DNA from: Candidatus Latescibacterota bacterium
Lineage (GTDB): Bacteria; Latescibacterota; UBA2968; UBA8231
Direction of reading: 5' to 3'
NCBI GenBank assembly: GCA_965215195.1
Contig: CBDCDC010000002.1
Span: forward strand, 1,376,001-1,440,000
Length of the DNA stretch: 64,000 nt
This document shows, one piece after another, positions 37,075 to 47,185 of this stretch. Made by a program: the position numbers and the translations under genes. The notes below the pieces were generated by a model. The model was not told where the DNA came from. It searched no databases and saw only the letters and a program-made list of their open reading frames with translations. Position 1 is the stretch's first letter. Each line of letters starts with the position of its first letter.

Positions 37075-37851
37075 CTACGTGTCGCCGCGCGGGTTGGCGC
37101 GCAGGGTTTGGAGGTGCCCGGCGAGGACTTGTGCGCCGTAGCGGAGGGCATTGCCGACGTTGAGGAAGCGATACCCCCAGCGAATTTTCTCTTGCAGTTG
37201 GTCTAATTCCGCCAGCGTAGTGCCCACGGCAATCCCGGTGTCTGCTAGCTGTTGCGGCACCTCGCGCATGATTTCCTGCACTTGCCGCGACTCGGTATTG
37301 GTGATCGTCCCCACGGTCGCCGAGAGGTCCAACGGCCCGACGAAAAGCACGTCAATGCCGGGTACGCGCTTGATTTCGTCTAGGTTGTCGTAGGCCCGCT
37401 GGCTTTCGAGCTGAAGGACGACGAGCGTCTCCTCGTTGGCCGTTTTGATGACCTCGTTCCAGTCCGCGCCCGCGACTTGGGTCCACATGGGCGAGAGGCC
37501 GCGCCGACCTTGGGGTGCGTAGCGGGCGGCCTCGACCGCGGCCGCCGCTTCTAAAGCCGTATCGACTTGGGGCACCATCACGGCCACTGCGCCCGCGTCG
37601 TACGCCTTCTTGATCAGCGCCGGGTCGTTCCACGCCACGCGCACCATGGGCGCGACGCCGCGCATCCGCGCCAGCACCAAAATTGAGTCGAGCGCTTCGG
37701 TGGCGTGGGGCATGTGCTCGGTGTCGGCCCAGAGAAAATCGGGGCCGGTGGCAATGACCGACCCGGCCACGTGTGGGGTGGGGGCCGGCAGGCTGGTGCC
37801 GAGGATGATTTCGCCGCTGCGCAGACGCGCTTTTAGGTCGTTGGGATACAT
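37075..37851 (-). CDS. HpcH/HpaI aldolase family protein
   Basis: DTEH, DAGA..VMVPQV, P.GRRG, QLES, FVGP.DLS. Confidence 0.88.
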   Translation of the reverse strand: MYPNDLKARLRSGEIILGTSLPAPTPHVAGSVIATGPDFLWADTEHMPHATEALDSILVLARMRGVAPMVRVAWNDPALIKKAYDAGAVAVMVPQVDTALEAAAAVEAARYAPQGRRGLSPMWTQVAGADWNEVIKTANEETLVVLQLESQRAYDNLDEIKRVPGIDVLFVGPLDLSATVGTITNTESRQVQEIMREVPQQLADTGIAVGTTLAELDQLQEKIRWGYRFLNVGNALRYGAQVLAGHLQTLRANPRGDT

Positions 37852-37868
37852 GGATAGCTCCGTTGGAA

Positions 37869-38678
37869 TTAGCCGTACAGTGAGTAGAGGATGACGCCGC
37901 CGAGGAGGATGCGATAGGCGGCAAACGAGTAGGTGCCGTGGCGCTGGAGGAAGCGGAGTAAGAAGCCGATGGACAGGTAGCCGCTAATGGCGGCGGCGAG
38001 GATCCCCAGCCCCAAACTCAGCAGTCCAGCACCGCCTAGGCCTCCTTCGAGCAGGGCGAATAGTTGCAGGAGGCCGCTGGCACCAATGGCCGGCAGGCCG
38101 AGCAAAAAGGAGAAGCGGGCGGCGTCTTGGCGCTGGAGGCCCGCAAAAAGCCCGCCCATGATGGTTGAACCCGAGCGCGAACACCCGGGAATCAGGGCGA
38201 GGGCTTGGCACAGGCCAATGAACTGGATCGACCAGAAGCCGAGGTCCTGCATGGTGCGCTCGCGCCGCCCGACGCGCTCGGCCAGCACCAAGAACAGCGC
38301 GAGGACGATCAAGCTCGCGGCGATGAGGGGGAGTTGGCGGGCCTCGGTCTCGATAAAGTCGCGTCCTCCGAGGCCGAGCGCGGCAATGGGCACGGTGCCC
38401 ACGGCAATGGACCACGCCATGCGGCAGTCTGGGCTGTGGTTGAAGTTGCGGTGCAGCACCCCTTGCAGGGCGGCCGCGACCAGCCTTTTGACATCGGCCG
38501 TGAAGTACGCGAACACGGCCGCGAGCGTCCCCAGTTGGATCACCGCGGAAAACGCCGCGCCTGGATCGTCCCAGCCGAGAAAATGGGGCACCACCCGCAG
38601 GTGGGCCGTGCTGCTGATGGGCAGGAATTCGGTCAGACCTTGGACTAGGCCTAAGACGAGTGCTTGTAGATAGTGCAT
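37869..38678 (-). CDS. uppP: Undecaprenyl-diphosphatase
   Basis: QGLTEFLPISSTAH, IQLGT, PGCSRSGSTI, RFSFLL. Confidence 0.95.
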   Translation of the reverse strand: MHYLQALVLGLVQGLTEFLPISSTAHLRVVPHFLGWDDPGAAFSAVIQLGTLAAVFAYFTADVKRLVAAALQGVLHRNFNHSPDCRMAWSIAVGTVPIAALGLGGRDFIETEARQLPLIAASLIVLALFLVLAERVGRRERTMQDLGFWSIQFIGLCQALALIPGCSRSGSTIMGGLFAGLQRQDAARFSFLLGLPAIGASGLLQLFALLEGGLGGAGLLSLGLGILAAAISGYLSIGFLLRFLQRHGTYSFAAYRILLGGVILYSLYG

Positions 38679-38729
38679 GGAGGATTTAAGCTAACCGCCG
38701 CCGCCCGCCCGGACAAGGACAGCGCACCC

Positions 38730-38759
38730 TTGACAAAAACGCGCGCCGGTGTGCAGAAT
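38730..38759 (+). promoter_or_regulatory. Putative sigma70 promoter
   Basis: TTGACA at 38730, 18-bp spacer, CAGAAT, in the divergent intergenic region. Confidence 0.5.
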
Positions 38760-38793
38760 ACCCCCTGATTTGCACCGACAACAAGGAGACCTC

Positions 38794-39993
38794 ATGCCCA
38801 TTCTAATCAAAGACGTCCAAACCATCCTCACCCAACCGGCCGGTTCCCGCTTGGTCATCGTCAAGATCGTCACGTCGGACGACGGCCTGTACGGACTCGG
38901 TTGCGCGACCTTTACCCAGCGCTTCCACGCCGTACACGCGGCCATCGAACAGCACCTCAAGCCCTTCCTCATCGGCCGCGACGTGGACCGCATTGAGGAG
39001 ACTTGGCAGATGTTGATGGTCAATGGCTATTGGCGCAACGGCCCAGTGCTCAACAACGCCATCTCTGGAGTCGACCAGGCGCTGTGGGACATCAAGGGCA
39101 AGCGGGCCGGGATGCCGGTTTATCAGCTTTTGGGCGGCAAGTGCCGCGAAGGCGCGGCCGTGTACGGCCACGCGGGCGGCGATACGCCCGAGGCCGTCGT
39201 CGATAGCATCCGCCAGTTCCAAGAGCAGGGCTACCGCTACATTCGCTGCCAGATGGGCGGGTACGGCGGCAAGGCATCGACCTTAGTCAAACCCGAGGGC
39301 GCGCTCGAAGGCGCGTATTACAACCGCAAAGAGTACATGCTGAACCACCTGCGGATGTTTGAGCACATTCGCGCAGAACTGGGCTTTGAGGTGGAACTAC
39401 TGCACGACATTCACGAGCGGCTGCACCCAATTGAGGCGGTGGGCTTTGCCAAGGACGTGGAGGAGTTCAAGCTGTTCTTCTTGGAGGACGCGCTCGCGCC
39501 CGAAGACATCGAGTGGTTTCGCCACATCCGCCAGCAGTGCACAACGCCCCAGGCCATGGGCGAGTTGTTCAATCACCCGCACGAGTGGACGCCGCTCATC
39601 GAGGGGCGACTCATCGACTTTATGCGCATGCACGTCAGCCAGATGGGCGGCATTACGCCGGCGCGCAATGTCGCGGCCTTTGGGCAGATGTACGGAGTGC
39701 GCACGGCTTGGCACGGCCCGGGCGACACCTCGCCGGTGGGGCACGCGGCCAACCTGCATTTGGACCTGTGGGCACCCAATTTTGGGATCCAAGAGTGGTG
39801 CAGGTTCCCGGAGCACGTGTACGAAATGTTTCCGGGGCTGCCCGAAGTGCGCAACGGGTACATGTATCCGAGCGACGGACCGGGCTTGGGGATCGACATC
39901 GACGAGGACTTGGCGGCCAAGTATCCGTGTGCGGACGAGGTCGTCGGGTGGACGCAGACGCGCTTGCCCGACGGTAGCCCGGCGCGGCCCTAA
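38794..39993 (+). CDS. Enolase-superfamily acid-sugar dehydratase (RspA/ManD-like)
   Basis: YWRNGPV, ALWDIKGK, LLHDIHER, FFLED, MGELF, WHGPGD, PGLGID. Confidence 0.9.
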   Translation: MPILIKDVQTILTQPAGSRLVIVKIVTSDDGLYGLGCATFTQRFHAVHAAIEQHLKPFLIGRDVDRIEETWQMLMVNGYWRNGPVLNNAISGVDQALWDIKGKRAGMPVYQLLGGKCREGAAVYGHAGGDTPEAVVDSIRQFQEQGYRYIRCQMGGYGGKASTLVKPEGALEGAYYNRKEYMLNHLRMFEHIRAELGFEVELLHDIHERLHPIEAVGFAKDVEEFKLFFLEDALAPEDIEWFRHIRQQCTTPQAMGELFNHPHEWTPLIEGRLIDFMRMHVSQMGGITPARNVAAFGQMYGVRTAWHGPGDTSPVGHAANLHLDLWAPNFGIQEWCRFPEHVYEMFPGLPEVRNGYMYPSDGPGLGIDIDEDLAAKYPCADEVVGWTQTRLPDGSPARP

Positions 39994-39994
39994 G

Positions 39995-41209
39995 ATGAAA
40001 ATCCTAGTTGCCAATCTCGGCAGTACCTCGTTTAAGTACAAGGTCTTTGCCATGCCCGAGGAGGTGGTTTTGGCGCGCGGCGGCATGGATCGGATCGGGG
40101 GCCAAGGTTCGGTCCACACCTTCCAGATCGGCGGGGCCGACGAGGTCGCGCAAGCCGTGGCCCTACCCGACCACGCCAGCGCGATTGACGAAGCCCTCGG
40201 GCGCTTGGCCGCGGGCGGGGTGTTGGCTTGTGTGGAGGAGCTAAGCGCCGTGGGGTTTAAGGCCGTCCACGCGCGCGCTATTGTCCGCCTAAAGGCGAGT
40301 GAAACCGGGGTGGTCGACATCGACGAGGACGTCATCAGGCGGATGGAGGACTTTTACCCGCTCGCTCCGGCCCACAACCCCGCGTACGTGGCGGCGATCC
40401 GGCAGTTTGCGCAGGTGGTGCCCACGGCGCGGCGGATCGGGTGCTTTGAGACGGCCTTCCACGGCGCAATGCCGCAGCGGCGCAAAATGTACGCGGTGCC
40501 CTATGCTTGGTATGAACAGTACGGCATCCAGCGCTACGGCTTCCACGGGGCTAGCCACCGCTACGCCGCTGAGAAGGTCGTGGAACTAGCAGGCCGCGCC
40601 GACCTCAAACACGTCAACATGCACTTAGGCGGCTCCTCGTCCCTGTGCGCGATAAAGGATGGGGTCTCGCAGGGCGCGTCGCACGGACTCAGCCCGCAGG
40701 GCGGCCTGCCGCAAAACAACCGCATCGGCGACTTGGACCCGTACGCGCTGGATTTGGTGATGCGCAACGAGGGCCGACCGTGGGACGAGGTGTTGGCGCA
40801 GTGCGCCAGCGAGGGCGGCCTGTTGGGGATATGCGGACACAGCGACATGCGCGACATTGAAGCGGGCGCGGCAAGCGGCGACGAGCGCTGTGCCTTGGCC
40901 ATAGCCGTGCTGGCGACGGCGGCGCGCGACTGGCTGGGGGCTTTTGCGGTGGAGATGGGCGGGTTGGACGCGATCAGCTTTACCGGCGGCATTGGCGAGT
41001 TCTCGGCCGTAGTACGCGGCGAAATTTTGCGCGACTTGGAATTGCTGGGGGTGGTGATGGATGCGGCTAAAAATGAGAGCGTCCGGGGCGCGGGTAGCCT
41101 GCACGCCGCGACGAGCCGAGTGCCCATTTACGTGCTGCGCACCGACGAAGAGTTGGTGGTGGCGCGGCAGACGTGGGAGTTTTTGAGTGTGGGGACGAGA
41201 GAAGCGTAG
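39995..41209 (+). CDS. Acetate/propionate kinase family protein (variant motifs)
   Basis: ANLGSTSFK, APAHNP, FETAFH, RYGFHGASH, HLGGS, FTGGIGE, TDEE. Confidence 0.88.
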   Translation: MKILVANLGSTSFKYKVFAMPEEVVLARGGMDRIGGQGSVHTFQIGGADEVAQAVALPDHASAIDEALGRLAAGGVLACVEELSAVGFKAVHARAIVRLKASETGVVDIDEDVIRRMEDFYPLAPAHNPAYVAAIRQFAQVVPTARRIGCFETAFHGAMPQRRKMYAVPYAWYEQYGIQRYGFHGASHRYAAEKVVELAGRADLKHVNMHLGGSSSLCAIKDGVSQGASHGLSPQGGLPQNNRIGDLDPYALDLVMRNEGRPWDEVLAQCASEGGLLGICGHSDMRDIEAGAASGDERCALAIAVLATAARDWLGAFAVEMGGLDAISFTGGIGEFSAVVRGEILRDLELLGVVMDAAKNESVRGAGSLHAATSRVPIYVLRTDEELVVARQTWEFLSVGTREA

Positions 41210-41242
41210 GCGGGGTTATTCCCAGACGAAGAAGGTGTACTT

Positions 41243-42538
41243 GTGAAGCTGAAATCTGTGGAGATTGAAAACTACCGCGCCATTAAAGAGCTCAAGCTGC
41301 CGCTCGATCCATCGCTGACGGTGTTGCACGGCGACAATGGGTACGGCAAAACGAGCGTTCTGAGCGCGATTGCGGTGGGCTTGGGGCATGAGGCTATGCT
41401 CGGACCGTTTCTCGCGGTCTCCATTGACTTTTGCGAGGAGGATTGGCGCGAGGGCGCAGGGAAGCCGCGGGTATCGCTTACTTCAATGGACGAAATTGTT
41501 GGTGAGCGACAAGGGACTAAGTCGGTGGTTGAGCAGGAGAAGGCGGAGGAAATAATGTCGTCCCGCCGGGAGAATCTGGAGAAGGCGCTGATCGAGAATC
41601 GCCGAGCAGAGAACAAAGATATGCCGCTTGGTGCCTTTTATGGTACTGATCGGACGGTCTCAGGTGTGCCGGAATCAGTATTGTCGCCGCGTCATTTACC
41701 GCGCTGGACCCCTCGGTTAGATGCGCTGAAAGGGGCGCTTTCTGCTCGCACGGACTTTGAGGATCTCTTCGCTTGGTTCTATTTCAAGGAGGACGAGGAG
41801 TTGAGAGGCCAGAAGGAACGCCGCGACTTCGGTTATCAGCTAAAAGAGGTATCCGCGGTGCGCCAAGCGATCTCGTCCATGCTCCCGGAGGTGTCCGATC
41901 CTCGTACTGAGCTGAATCCGCTCCGTTTTGTGGTGTCCCGGAAATCGGCGCAGGGACGGATAGAGAAGCTCTCGCTCGACCAGTTGAGCGGTGGCTATCG
42001 CATTGTGCTGGCACTGGCGGCCGATCTGGCGCGGCGGATGGTGCAGGGCAATCCGCACTTGGATGACCCGCTCAAATCCGAGGCGGTTGTCCTGATTGAC
42101 GAGGTGGAACTGCATCTGCATCCAAGGTGGCAGCAACGCATCTTGGGCGACCTGCGGCGGACGTTCCCGAATGCGCAGTTTATCGTCTCCACACACAGCC
42201 CGCAGGTGCTGACTACGGTCGCGCCGCAGCGCATTGTGGAGCTATATCGGGAGGGCGACCGCATTGTTGCCGGGGCACCGATGGGGGCGACGTATGGGGC
42301 CGAGGCGGGGGCCGTTCTTTCCGTGGTAATGGGCGTGAAAGAACGGCCCGAGAACGAATTCACAAAAGCCTTGGAGCAATACCGGCGTCTGGTCAGCGAG
42401 GGTAAGGGGGAATCCGCAGAAGCCTTGGCCCTCAGGCGCGAACTGGAAAAGCACTCGCCCCGCGATTACGCCCTTAACAGGGCCGACCTCGAAATCCGGC
42501 GACGCAAGCTGTTTAAGCAGATGGCCGAATCGCGATGA
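41243..42538 (+). CDS. ABC/AAA ATPase, PtuA-like (Septu / retron type I-A effector type)
   Basis: Walker A GDNGYGKTS, LSGGYR signature, LIDEVELHLHPRWQ, QFIVSTHSPQVL. Confidence 0.85.
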   Translation: MKLKSVEIENYRAIKELKLPLDPSLTVLHGDNGYGKTSVLSAIAVGLGHEAMLGPFLAVSIDFCEEDWREGAGKPRVSLTSMDEIVGERQGTKSVVEQEKAEEIMSSRRENLEKALIENRRAENKDMPLGAFYGTDRTVSGVPESVLSPRHLPRWTPRLDALKGALSARTDFEDLFAWFYFKEDEELRGQKERRDFGYQLKEVSAVRQAISSMLPEVSDPRTELNPLRFVVSRKSAQGRIEKLSLDQLSGGYRIVLALAADLARRMVQGNPHLDDPLKSEAVVLIDEVELHLHPRWQQRILGDLRRTFPNAQFIVSTHSPQVLTTVAPQRIVELYREGDRIVAGAPMGATYGAEAGAVLSVVMGVKERPENEFTKALEQYRRLVSEGKGESAEALALRRELEKHSPRDYALNRADLEIRRRKLFKQMAESR

Positions 42539-43311
42539 AGAGGATCTGCGAGTTGAACAAGCCCACTCTTGGCCTTGCCGAATACCTCGACTACGTAGGC
42601 GACGACGCGAATTGGGACGAATTCCGCGACCACCATGCCGGCACATCCTACAACGAACTCATTAAAAAGTTGATCGATGTTCAGCGCGGACTGTGCGGCT
42701 ACTGCGAGATCAATTTTATAGAGCTAGATCGCCAGATTGAGCACGTCATTCCGCGAAGCGACCCGCAGCATGGAGCAGCGAGAGAGGTGGACATCACCAA
42801 CATGATCGCTTGCTGCAGAGGTGGAACATCGCCTGTGTTTGCTTCCTCAGAAAGAATCAGCGATGAAGATCGCTACCGTAAACCAGTAACGGATAATATG
42901 AGCTGTGGTCAGGCAAAGAGTGACCGCAATGACGCAGATTTTTTAGATCCTCGGAAGTTGCCCGCGCTACCGTCGCTTACGAAAGTGCTTGTTGATGGTC
43001 AGATCGAAGTAGATGAGGAAGCGTGCGAATCGGAGGGTATTCCCACTGCTCGCGTGACCCACACCATTGAGATTTTGAACCTCAATGCGGAACGGCTTAG
43101 GTCGGCGCGGGAGAAGCAGTGGAACAATCTTGAGGAAGAGGCGGACCAAATTGGCGACCCGGACGATTCGGATATTATGGATGCTTGGAGCCGCTCCGTG
43201 CTGATGCCGGATGACGCTGGCCGGTTGGTCCCTTTCTTCACGACGACTCGGTCGTACTTCGGCCCACTCGCCGAGCGCGTCCTCGAACAACAACCTCAAG
43301 CGTGGATATAA
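42535..43311 (+). CDS. HNH endonuclease, PtuB-like
   Basis: QRGLCGYCE, IEHVIPRS, NMIACC, SCGQAK, ILNLN; ATGA overlap with the ATPase. Confidence 0.85.
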   Translation: MKRICELNKPTLGLAEYLDYVGDDANWDEFRDHHAGTSYNELIKKLIDVQRGLCGYCEINFIELDRQIEHVIPRSDPQHGAAREVDITNMIACCRGGTSPVFASSERISDEDRYRKPVTDNMSCGQAKSDRNDADFLDPRKLPALPSLTKVLVDGQIEVDEEACESEGIPTARVTHTIEILNLNAERLRSAREKQWNNLEEEADQIGDPDDSDIMDAWSRSVLMPDDAGRLVPFFTTTRSYFGPLAERVLEQQPQAWI

Positions 43312-43409
43312 GGGATGCTGCTAGGTAATCGCCTCATAGAACACTGGCTGCCGATTGCCGCGTTGAGCATTGCATAACAACGATAGAATACCTGTGGAGG
43401 ATGAACCCC

Positions 43410-44132
43410 ATGTTCGGAACCATTCGCAACTCGTCGGGCGAAGTGCTCGACTACACTTTCCACGCCGGCGCGGAAGGGTCGCGGCAAATCGCCGTTTTGG
43501 GGCACGGCGTGACCGGCAACAAGGACCGCCCCTTTGTCGCAGCACTCGCCGCGGGACTGGCGGCTGCCGGCATCCACGCGCTGCGCTTTTCCTTTGCCGG
43601 CAACGGCGCGTCCGAGGGCCGCTTTGCCGACGCGACCATCTCCAAAGAGGTCGGGGACTTAGGCGCGGTGCTCAACGCCTTGGGCGGCTACTCGGTCTGC
43701 TATGTCGGCCACAGCATGGGCGGGGCCGTCGGCGTCTTGCGCGCTAGCCGCGACGAGCGCGTCCGCCTGCTCGTCTCCTTGGCCGGCATGGTGCATACCC
43801 GCGCCTTTGCCGAGCGCGAATTCGGCGAGGAGGTGCCCGACGAGGGCTGCATGTGGGACGAGCCAGACTGCCCGCTCTCGCAAGCCTACATGGACGACAT
43901 GGCCCAGATCGACACCGTGGTTGAGCGCGGGGCCGAGATTGCAGTGCCTTGGCTGTTGGTCCACGGCAGCGAGGACGACGTGGTGCCGCTGGCCGACTCG
44001 CACGACATCCTCGCCCAAGCCAGCGACCACGCCGAACTCGTCGTCATCGACGGCGCCGATCACGTCTTTAGCGAGCACGCGCAGGTCATGGTCGCAAAGG
44101 TCGTCGGCTGGATACAAGAGCAGTGGGCATGA
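43410..44132 (+). CDS. Alpha/beta hydrolase
   Basis: HG, GHSMGG, HGSEDDVV, GADH. Confidence 0.9.
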   Translation: MFGTIRNSSGEVLDYTFHAGAEGSRQIAVLGHGVTGNKDRPFVAALAAGLAAAGIHALRFSFAGNGASEGRFADATISKEVGDLGAVLNALGGYSVCYVGHSMGGAVGVLRASRDERVRLLVSLAGMVHTRAFAEREFGEEVPDEGCMWDEPDCPLSQAYMDDMAQIDTVVERGAEIAVPWLLVHGSEDDVVPLADSHDILAQASDHAELVVIDGADHVFSEHAQVMVAKVVGWIQEQWA

Positions 44133-44298
44133 GCATCCCCGCAGGCGGCAGCCTACCAACAACAGCGATCAGTGGTTAGTGGCCCGTGGTCAGCCCCAAC
44201 CGCCGGTGGCCGCCTACCAAAAATTGCATTCAACTCCTATCTTTAGAGAAGTACGCCCGGCCATCCCGCCGGCCATCTGCGCTCTGCCGAACTAAGCC

Positions 44299-47169
44299 AT
44301 GCAAAAGAAAACCCCGAGCCGCCTGAGCGCACTCCAGCAGCGCACGGTGTTGGTGGTCGTGGCCTTGGGCGTCTTCATGGTCGCCGATACGCTCTATTTG
44401 CTGACCAATCGGCTGGCCGACGCCCTCGATTTCGACTATTTCGCCGTCACCGACATTTCCCTGCCCAAGTTTTACCAAGGCATGGTCCTGTCGCACACGG
44501 GCGTCGGGCTGGTGCTAGTGGTACTGGCACTGGGCTTTGTGGCTTGGCACCTACCGGCCGTGTGGCGCAAAAGCCGCAAGCGGGCCATCTACACCGGCCT
44601 CGCCACCCTCGCGCTGGGCTTCGTACTGGCCATCAGCGGGCTGTTCATCCTCAGCGCGGCGAGCAACCGCGGCAACCCGGTGGCCTACTGGAGCCACGTG
44701 GCCGCAGCGGTTTTAGTCCCCCTCTTTTACTTGGCGCACCGCCGCCTCTCCCTGTGGAAGCCCTCGGCGCGGACCTATCGCGTCGTGCCCGTAGCGGTAG
44801 TAGGGCTGCTGGCACTAGCCGTGGTGCTACACGGGTTGACCTATAGCGGCGAGCAGTACACACCGGCGGCCGAGCAAGCCTTTGCCGCTGGCAAGCACAC
44901 CGGCCCGGGTTCCAAAATGCGGCAGGTCGCCGACTATGCGCCCGACGGCTTCGTCCCGGCCAATTTCGTCCCGGTCGAAAGCCCCTTTTTCCCGGCCGCT
45001 ACTACTACCACTACCGGCGATTTTCTGCCCTCGCGGATCATCACCCGGGGCGATCTCTCGCAGCCGGAGAAACTCGCCGGCGACCTCGCCGAGTACGGCT
45101 TTGTGGTCTCCGAGCCGATTGGCTCGGAAACGTGCGCCCGCTGCCACGCGGCCATCGTCGAACAGTGGGCAACGTCGGCGCACCGCTTTGCCTCGTTCAA
45201 CAATCCCTTCTACGAGGCCACGATCAACCACATGCGCCGCAACTCGACCGAGAGCAACCCCGAGGTCGCCGCCCATATCGCCTATTACAAGGGCTTGGCG
45301 GGCGAGGAGGGCAAAATCAAGTCCAAGTGGTGCTCGGGTTGCCACGACCCGGCCCTGATGCTGGCCGGCAAAATGACCGCAGAGATCGACCGCGCCTCGC
45401 CGCAGGCCCAAGCCGGCTTGACCTGCCTCGGCTGCCACGCCATCGACGCAATTCACGACCAGACCGGCAACGGCAACTACAACATCGCCGACGAGCAGGA
45501 GGATCCCTATCTCTTCGCCGAGGCCAAAGAAGGCGCGGGCCGCTTCTTGCACGACACCGCGCTGAAGGCGCGACCCATCGTCCACAAGAAGCAAATGCTC
45601 AAGCCCTTCTTCCGCACCTCTGAGTTTTGCGCCACCTGCCACAAGGTCAGCCTCGACGCGCGCGTCAATGGCTACCGCTGGCTGCGCGGCCAAGACGAGT
45701 TCGACAATTGGCACGACAGCGGCGTGGCGCTCAACGCTTCTAGGACCTTCTACTTGCCGGGTGCCAAGCGGGTCTGCCAAGACTGCCACATGCCGCTGGA
45801 GGAAGCGGTCGCCGGCGACGTGTCGGCGCGGGATGGGTACGTCAAGTCGCACCGCTTTTTGGCGGTCAACACGGCCCTGCCCTACATCCGCGGCGACGAG
45901 GAGACCATTGCGCGGATCGAGGAATTTCTGCAAGACGAAAAACTCAGCGTCGATGTGTTCGCCCTGCACCACCAAGAAGAAGCGCACTACGCGCTGGACA
46001 AAAGCCAGCCGGTGCTGGTGCGCGGCCGCGAGTACGCATTTGACGTGGTGGTGCGCAACAAGGGCGTCGGGCACACCTTCCCGGGCGGCACCAACGATTC
46101 CAACGAGGGCTGGCTAGAGGTCTCGGTGGTGGGCGACGACGACGCAGTGCTAGCTTTGAACGGGGCGGTGCAAGACGACGGGCACGTCGATCGCGAGGCG
46201 CACTTTTACAAGGCCCTGATGGTCGATGCAAACGGCGAGGCCATCCACCGGCGCAACGCCCAAGACATCGTCACAGCCGTGTACGTGCGCACCATTGGCC
46301 CGGGTGCGGCCGATGTAGCGCACTATAGCTTCCGGGTGCCAGAGGACTACCGAGGGCGCAAGCTCGCGCTGCGCGTGCGGCTGCTGTGGCGCAAGTTCGA
46401 CCGCGCCTACACGGAATTTGCCTTCCACAGCAACCGCGAGGGTTTCCGCCGCTTCGACCAAGTGCCGGATTTGCCGGTAACTGAGATCGCCCGCAGCGAA
46501 GTGGAGTTGGCGGTGGGAGGGCCGTCTATGCCATCTGCGCCGTCTGCCGGCGACTGGATGCGCTTCAACGACTATGGCATTGGCTTGCTGCTCCAAGACG
46601 ATACTCAAGGTGCCGCCCGGGCCTTTGCGGCCGTGGAACAGCTAGTACCTCAGCGCCTAGACGGCTGCCGCAACTTGGCTAGGGTTGCGGTGCGCGACGG
46701 CCACTTGGAGCGGGCCTACGAGCATTTAGAGGATTGCGAGGCGTTAGTTAGCGGCGACGGGCAGACAGCTTGGGTGTGGGGCGTGGTATTGCAAGAGGAT
46801 GGCCGCTACGAGGCTGCGGCGCAGGCGTATCGCCGGGTGTTGCGCGACTTTCCCGAGGATCGGGCTGCGTGGCGCAACTTGGGCCGGGTGCTCTACCTCG
46901 ACGGCCGCTTTGAGGAAGCGCTGGAAGCTCTCGACGGCGTGCTGGCCATTGACCCGGAAGACCGCGTCGCCCACTACCATCGGATGCTCTCGCTGCGCGC
47001 CCTCGGCCGCGAGGATGAGGCCCTCATGGCCGAGCGGGCCTACCAGTACCACCAGATCGACGAGTCGGCTCAAGAGCTGACGCGCCGCTACCGGCTAGCG
47101 CATCCGCACGACAACCGCGAGGCGCTCAAGATCCACGTTCATCCGCTTGAATTAACCTCTGTGGAATAG
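44299..47169 (+). CDS. Membrane-anchored multiheme c-type cytochrome with C-terminal TPRs
   Basis: N-terminal TM helices; 5 CxxCH (CARCH, CSGCH, CLGCH, CATCH, CQDCH); GHTFPGGTND; TPR-like C-terminus. Confidence 0.88.
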   Translation: MQKKTPSRLSALQQRTVLVVVALGVFMVADTLYLLTNRLADALDFDYFAVTDISLPKFYQGMVLSHTGVGLVLVVLALGFVAWHLPAVWRKSRKRAIYTGLATLALGFVLAISGLFILSAASNRGNPVAYWSHVAAAVLVPLFYLAHRRLSLWKPSARTYRVVPVAVVGLLALAVVLHGLTYSGEQYTPAAEQAFAAGKHTGPGSKMRQVADYAPDGFVPANFVPVESPFFPAATTTTTGDFLPSRIITRGDLSQPEKLAGDLAEYGFVVSEPIGSETCARCHAAIVEQWATSAHRFASFNNPFYEATINHMRRNSTESNPEVAAHIAYYKGLAGEEGKIKSKWCSGCHDPALMLAGKMTAEIDRASPQAQAGLTCLGCHAIDAIHDQTGNGNYNIADEQEDPYLFAEAKEGAGRFLHDTALKARPIVHKKQMLKPFFRTSEFCATCHKVSLDARVNGYRWLRGQDEFDNWHDSGVALNASRTFYLPGAKRVCQDCHMPLEEAVAGDVSARDGYVKSHRFLAVNTALPYIRGDEETIARIEEFLQDEKLSVDVFALHHQEEAHYALDKSQPVLVRGREYAFDVVVRNKGVGHTFPGGTNDSNEGWLEVSVVGDDDAVLALNGAVQDDGHVDREAHFYKALMVDANGEAIHRRNAQDIVTAVYVRTIGPGAADVAHYSFRVPEDYRGRKLALRVRLLWRKFDRAYTEFAFHSNREGFRRFDQVPDLPVTEIARSEVELAVGGPSMPSAPSAGDWMRFNDYGIGLLLQDDTQGAARAFAAVEQLVPQRLDGCRNLARVAVRDGHLERAYEHLEDCEALVSGDGQTAWVWGVVLQEDGRYEAAAQAYRRVLRDFPEDRAAWRNLGRVLYLDGRFEEALEALDGVLAIDPEDRVAHYHRMLSLRALGREDEALMAERAYQYHQIDESAQELTRRYRLAHPHDNREALKIHVHPLELTSVE

Positions 47170-47185
47170 GGGTAATTTTTCACAC

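Noticed and set aside
39359-39994. 616-aa ORF starting at 39359
   Set aside because: Shadow extension over the dehydratase; the kinase begins at ATG 39995.
41210-43400. Complete retron
   Set aside because: No reverse transcriptase and no room for msr-msd.
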